Translations under genes and position numbers: made by a program
Part shown: piece by piece, positions 62,881 through 64,000 of the stretch
Layout of the letters: every line of letters begins with the position of its first letter
Numbering within the stretch: the first letter of the stretch is position 1
DNA from: Octopus vulgaris
Lineage: Eukaryota
Reading direction: 5' to 3'
DNA length: 64,000 bases
Assembly (NCBI GenBank): GCA_951406725.2
Contig: OX597838.1
Location: forward strand, 13,454,001-13,518,000
Notes under the pieces: model-generated
The model's database searches: none
Seen by the model: only the letters and a program-made list of their open reading frames with translations
What the model was told of the DNA's origin: nothing

Positions 62881-64000
62881 AAATTTTATGAAATGGAAGC
62901 ATTGTGTAGGCCTTACAAGCCACCAACTTATTGAGCTAATTCATATAGCCTTGATGGAAACCTGAAAGACCCCTGCTAGCAATAAATAGCAGCTTTAATA
63001 GCCTGATATGTGTTGCATTGCCATAAAAATTTGCAAGTCTCCTTTTATAAGATAGGATCTGGTTTAAATAACTCTAATTTTATTGGTTTGCCTTTTTACA
63101 TATTTTTCATGTTCCGACTAGATATTTACTAAGATAAATATTTTAATTATTTTTACCTTTTCTCTTTTATTCTTGATTGTCTAATTTCATGTTACTGAAT
63201 GCCAATTTGTACAACCTATGCATAAGTACACTTGAACATATGTGTGTATGTCTATGTGCGGATGTTCGTTTCAATTTCACAGACTAAATTCACCTGCATT
63301 CCGCATCTGCTGTCTCTTGCTCACCCCCACCTCCAACTCTGTTGATTTAGCTTTCTTTTCCCCGGAGACACAAGGTGCCATAAATTATCTTTACAACTGC
63401 CACACTTCCGAACTTCAAATTATAAAGGTAATTTATATACACCCCACCCTCAATGTTTTTGTAGTTCATTATTGTATTAAATATGCTAAAACTTTTGGTG
63501 TACAAACTTAAACTAAATCAACTGCATTCATGAATAAATATTATTGCATACATACAAAATGTGTTTGTAGCAATTAAAAAACATTCTTTTGTGTCACTAG
63601 TTACGCTCATCAGACTACAGCCAGCCTGGGGCACCATCATGGAAGTATTTAATCAATCATATCAACCCTAGTACTTTTTTTTAAAGTTTGGCATACTTCT
63701 ATTATTGATCCAAGTTGTGTGGGACAGAAACACTGACACAGATACAAATGTAAACATGGTGTGAATATTGTTCATGTCTTGTGACTCTCAAACACCTGAA
63801 CTTTATAGTCTTGTTAATCAAGTTTCACCAACTTTGGATTAAATGTTTCAAGTAGATTTTGGCATTTCATCTCAGGGGAAGTTGAAAGGTTACCTGCAAT
63901 TTGGATCTCAGCCATAAACCAGCATGTTTTGGAATATTTACACTTGCATCCCCGCAATAAATTTTCAGAATTTACCATATAAAAATGACATTCGAAAAAA

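Noticed and set aside
48140-64000. Second exon of the yellow-like gene
   Set aside because: ORFs here trace to LINE, mariner, hAT or SINE remnants; none resembled a yellow C-terminus by eye

Overview
Eukaryotic, AT-rich, microsatellite- and SINE-dense genomic DNA. The repeat content looks like an octopus (coleoid cephalopod) genome, which is an inference. Two host genes are supported. (1) A complete 17-exon FET-family RNA-binding protein gene (FUS/EWSR1/TAF15/cabeza type) on +, CDS 10610..33427, about 607 aa, with a QGSY low-complexity domain, RGG, RRM, RGG, RanBP2 zinc finger, RGG and a PY-NLS. All exons were assembled by hand with consistent phases. (2) The first large coding exon of a secreted yellow/major-royal-jelly-type protein at 47361..48139 (+); the rest was not found. 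The remainder is SINEs, LINE remnants (Penelope-like, RTE, HERO-like, CR1/L2-like), MITEs and foldbacks, a tandem Helitron pair and simple repeats. Most short ORFs in the track are repeat artefacts. The most striking unannotated signal is a set of ten minimal type I hammerhead-ribozyme-like motifs: seven within 1.9-5.6 kb among Penelope-like remnants, two in sense orientation in FET introns (one behind a tRNA-like Pol III head), and one antisense downstream of the yellow-like exon. The FET gene also keeps the frame-shifting small exon equivalent to the autoregulated human FUS exon 7, with a candidate poison exon next to it.
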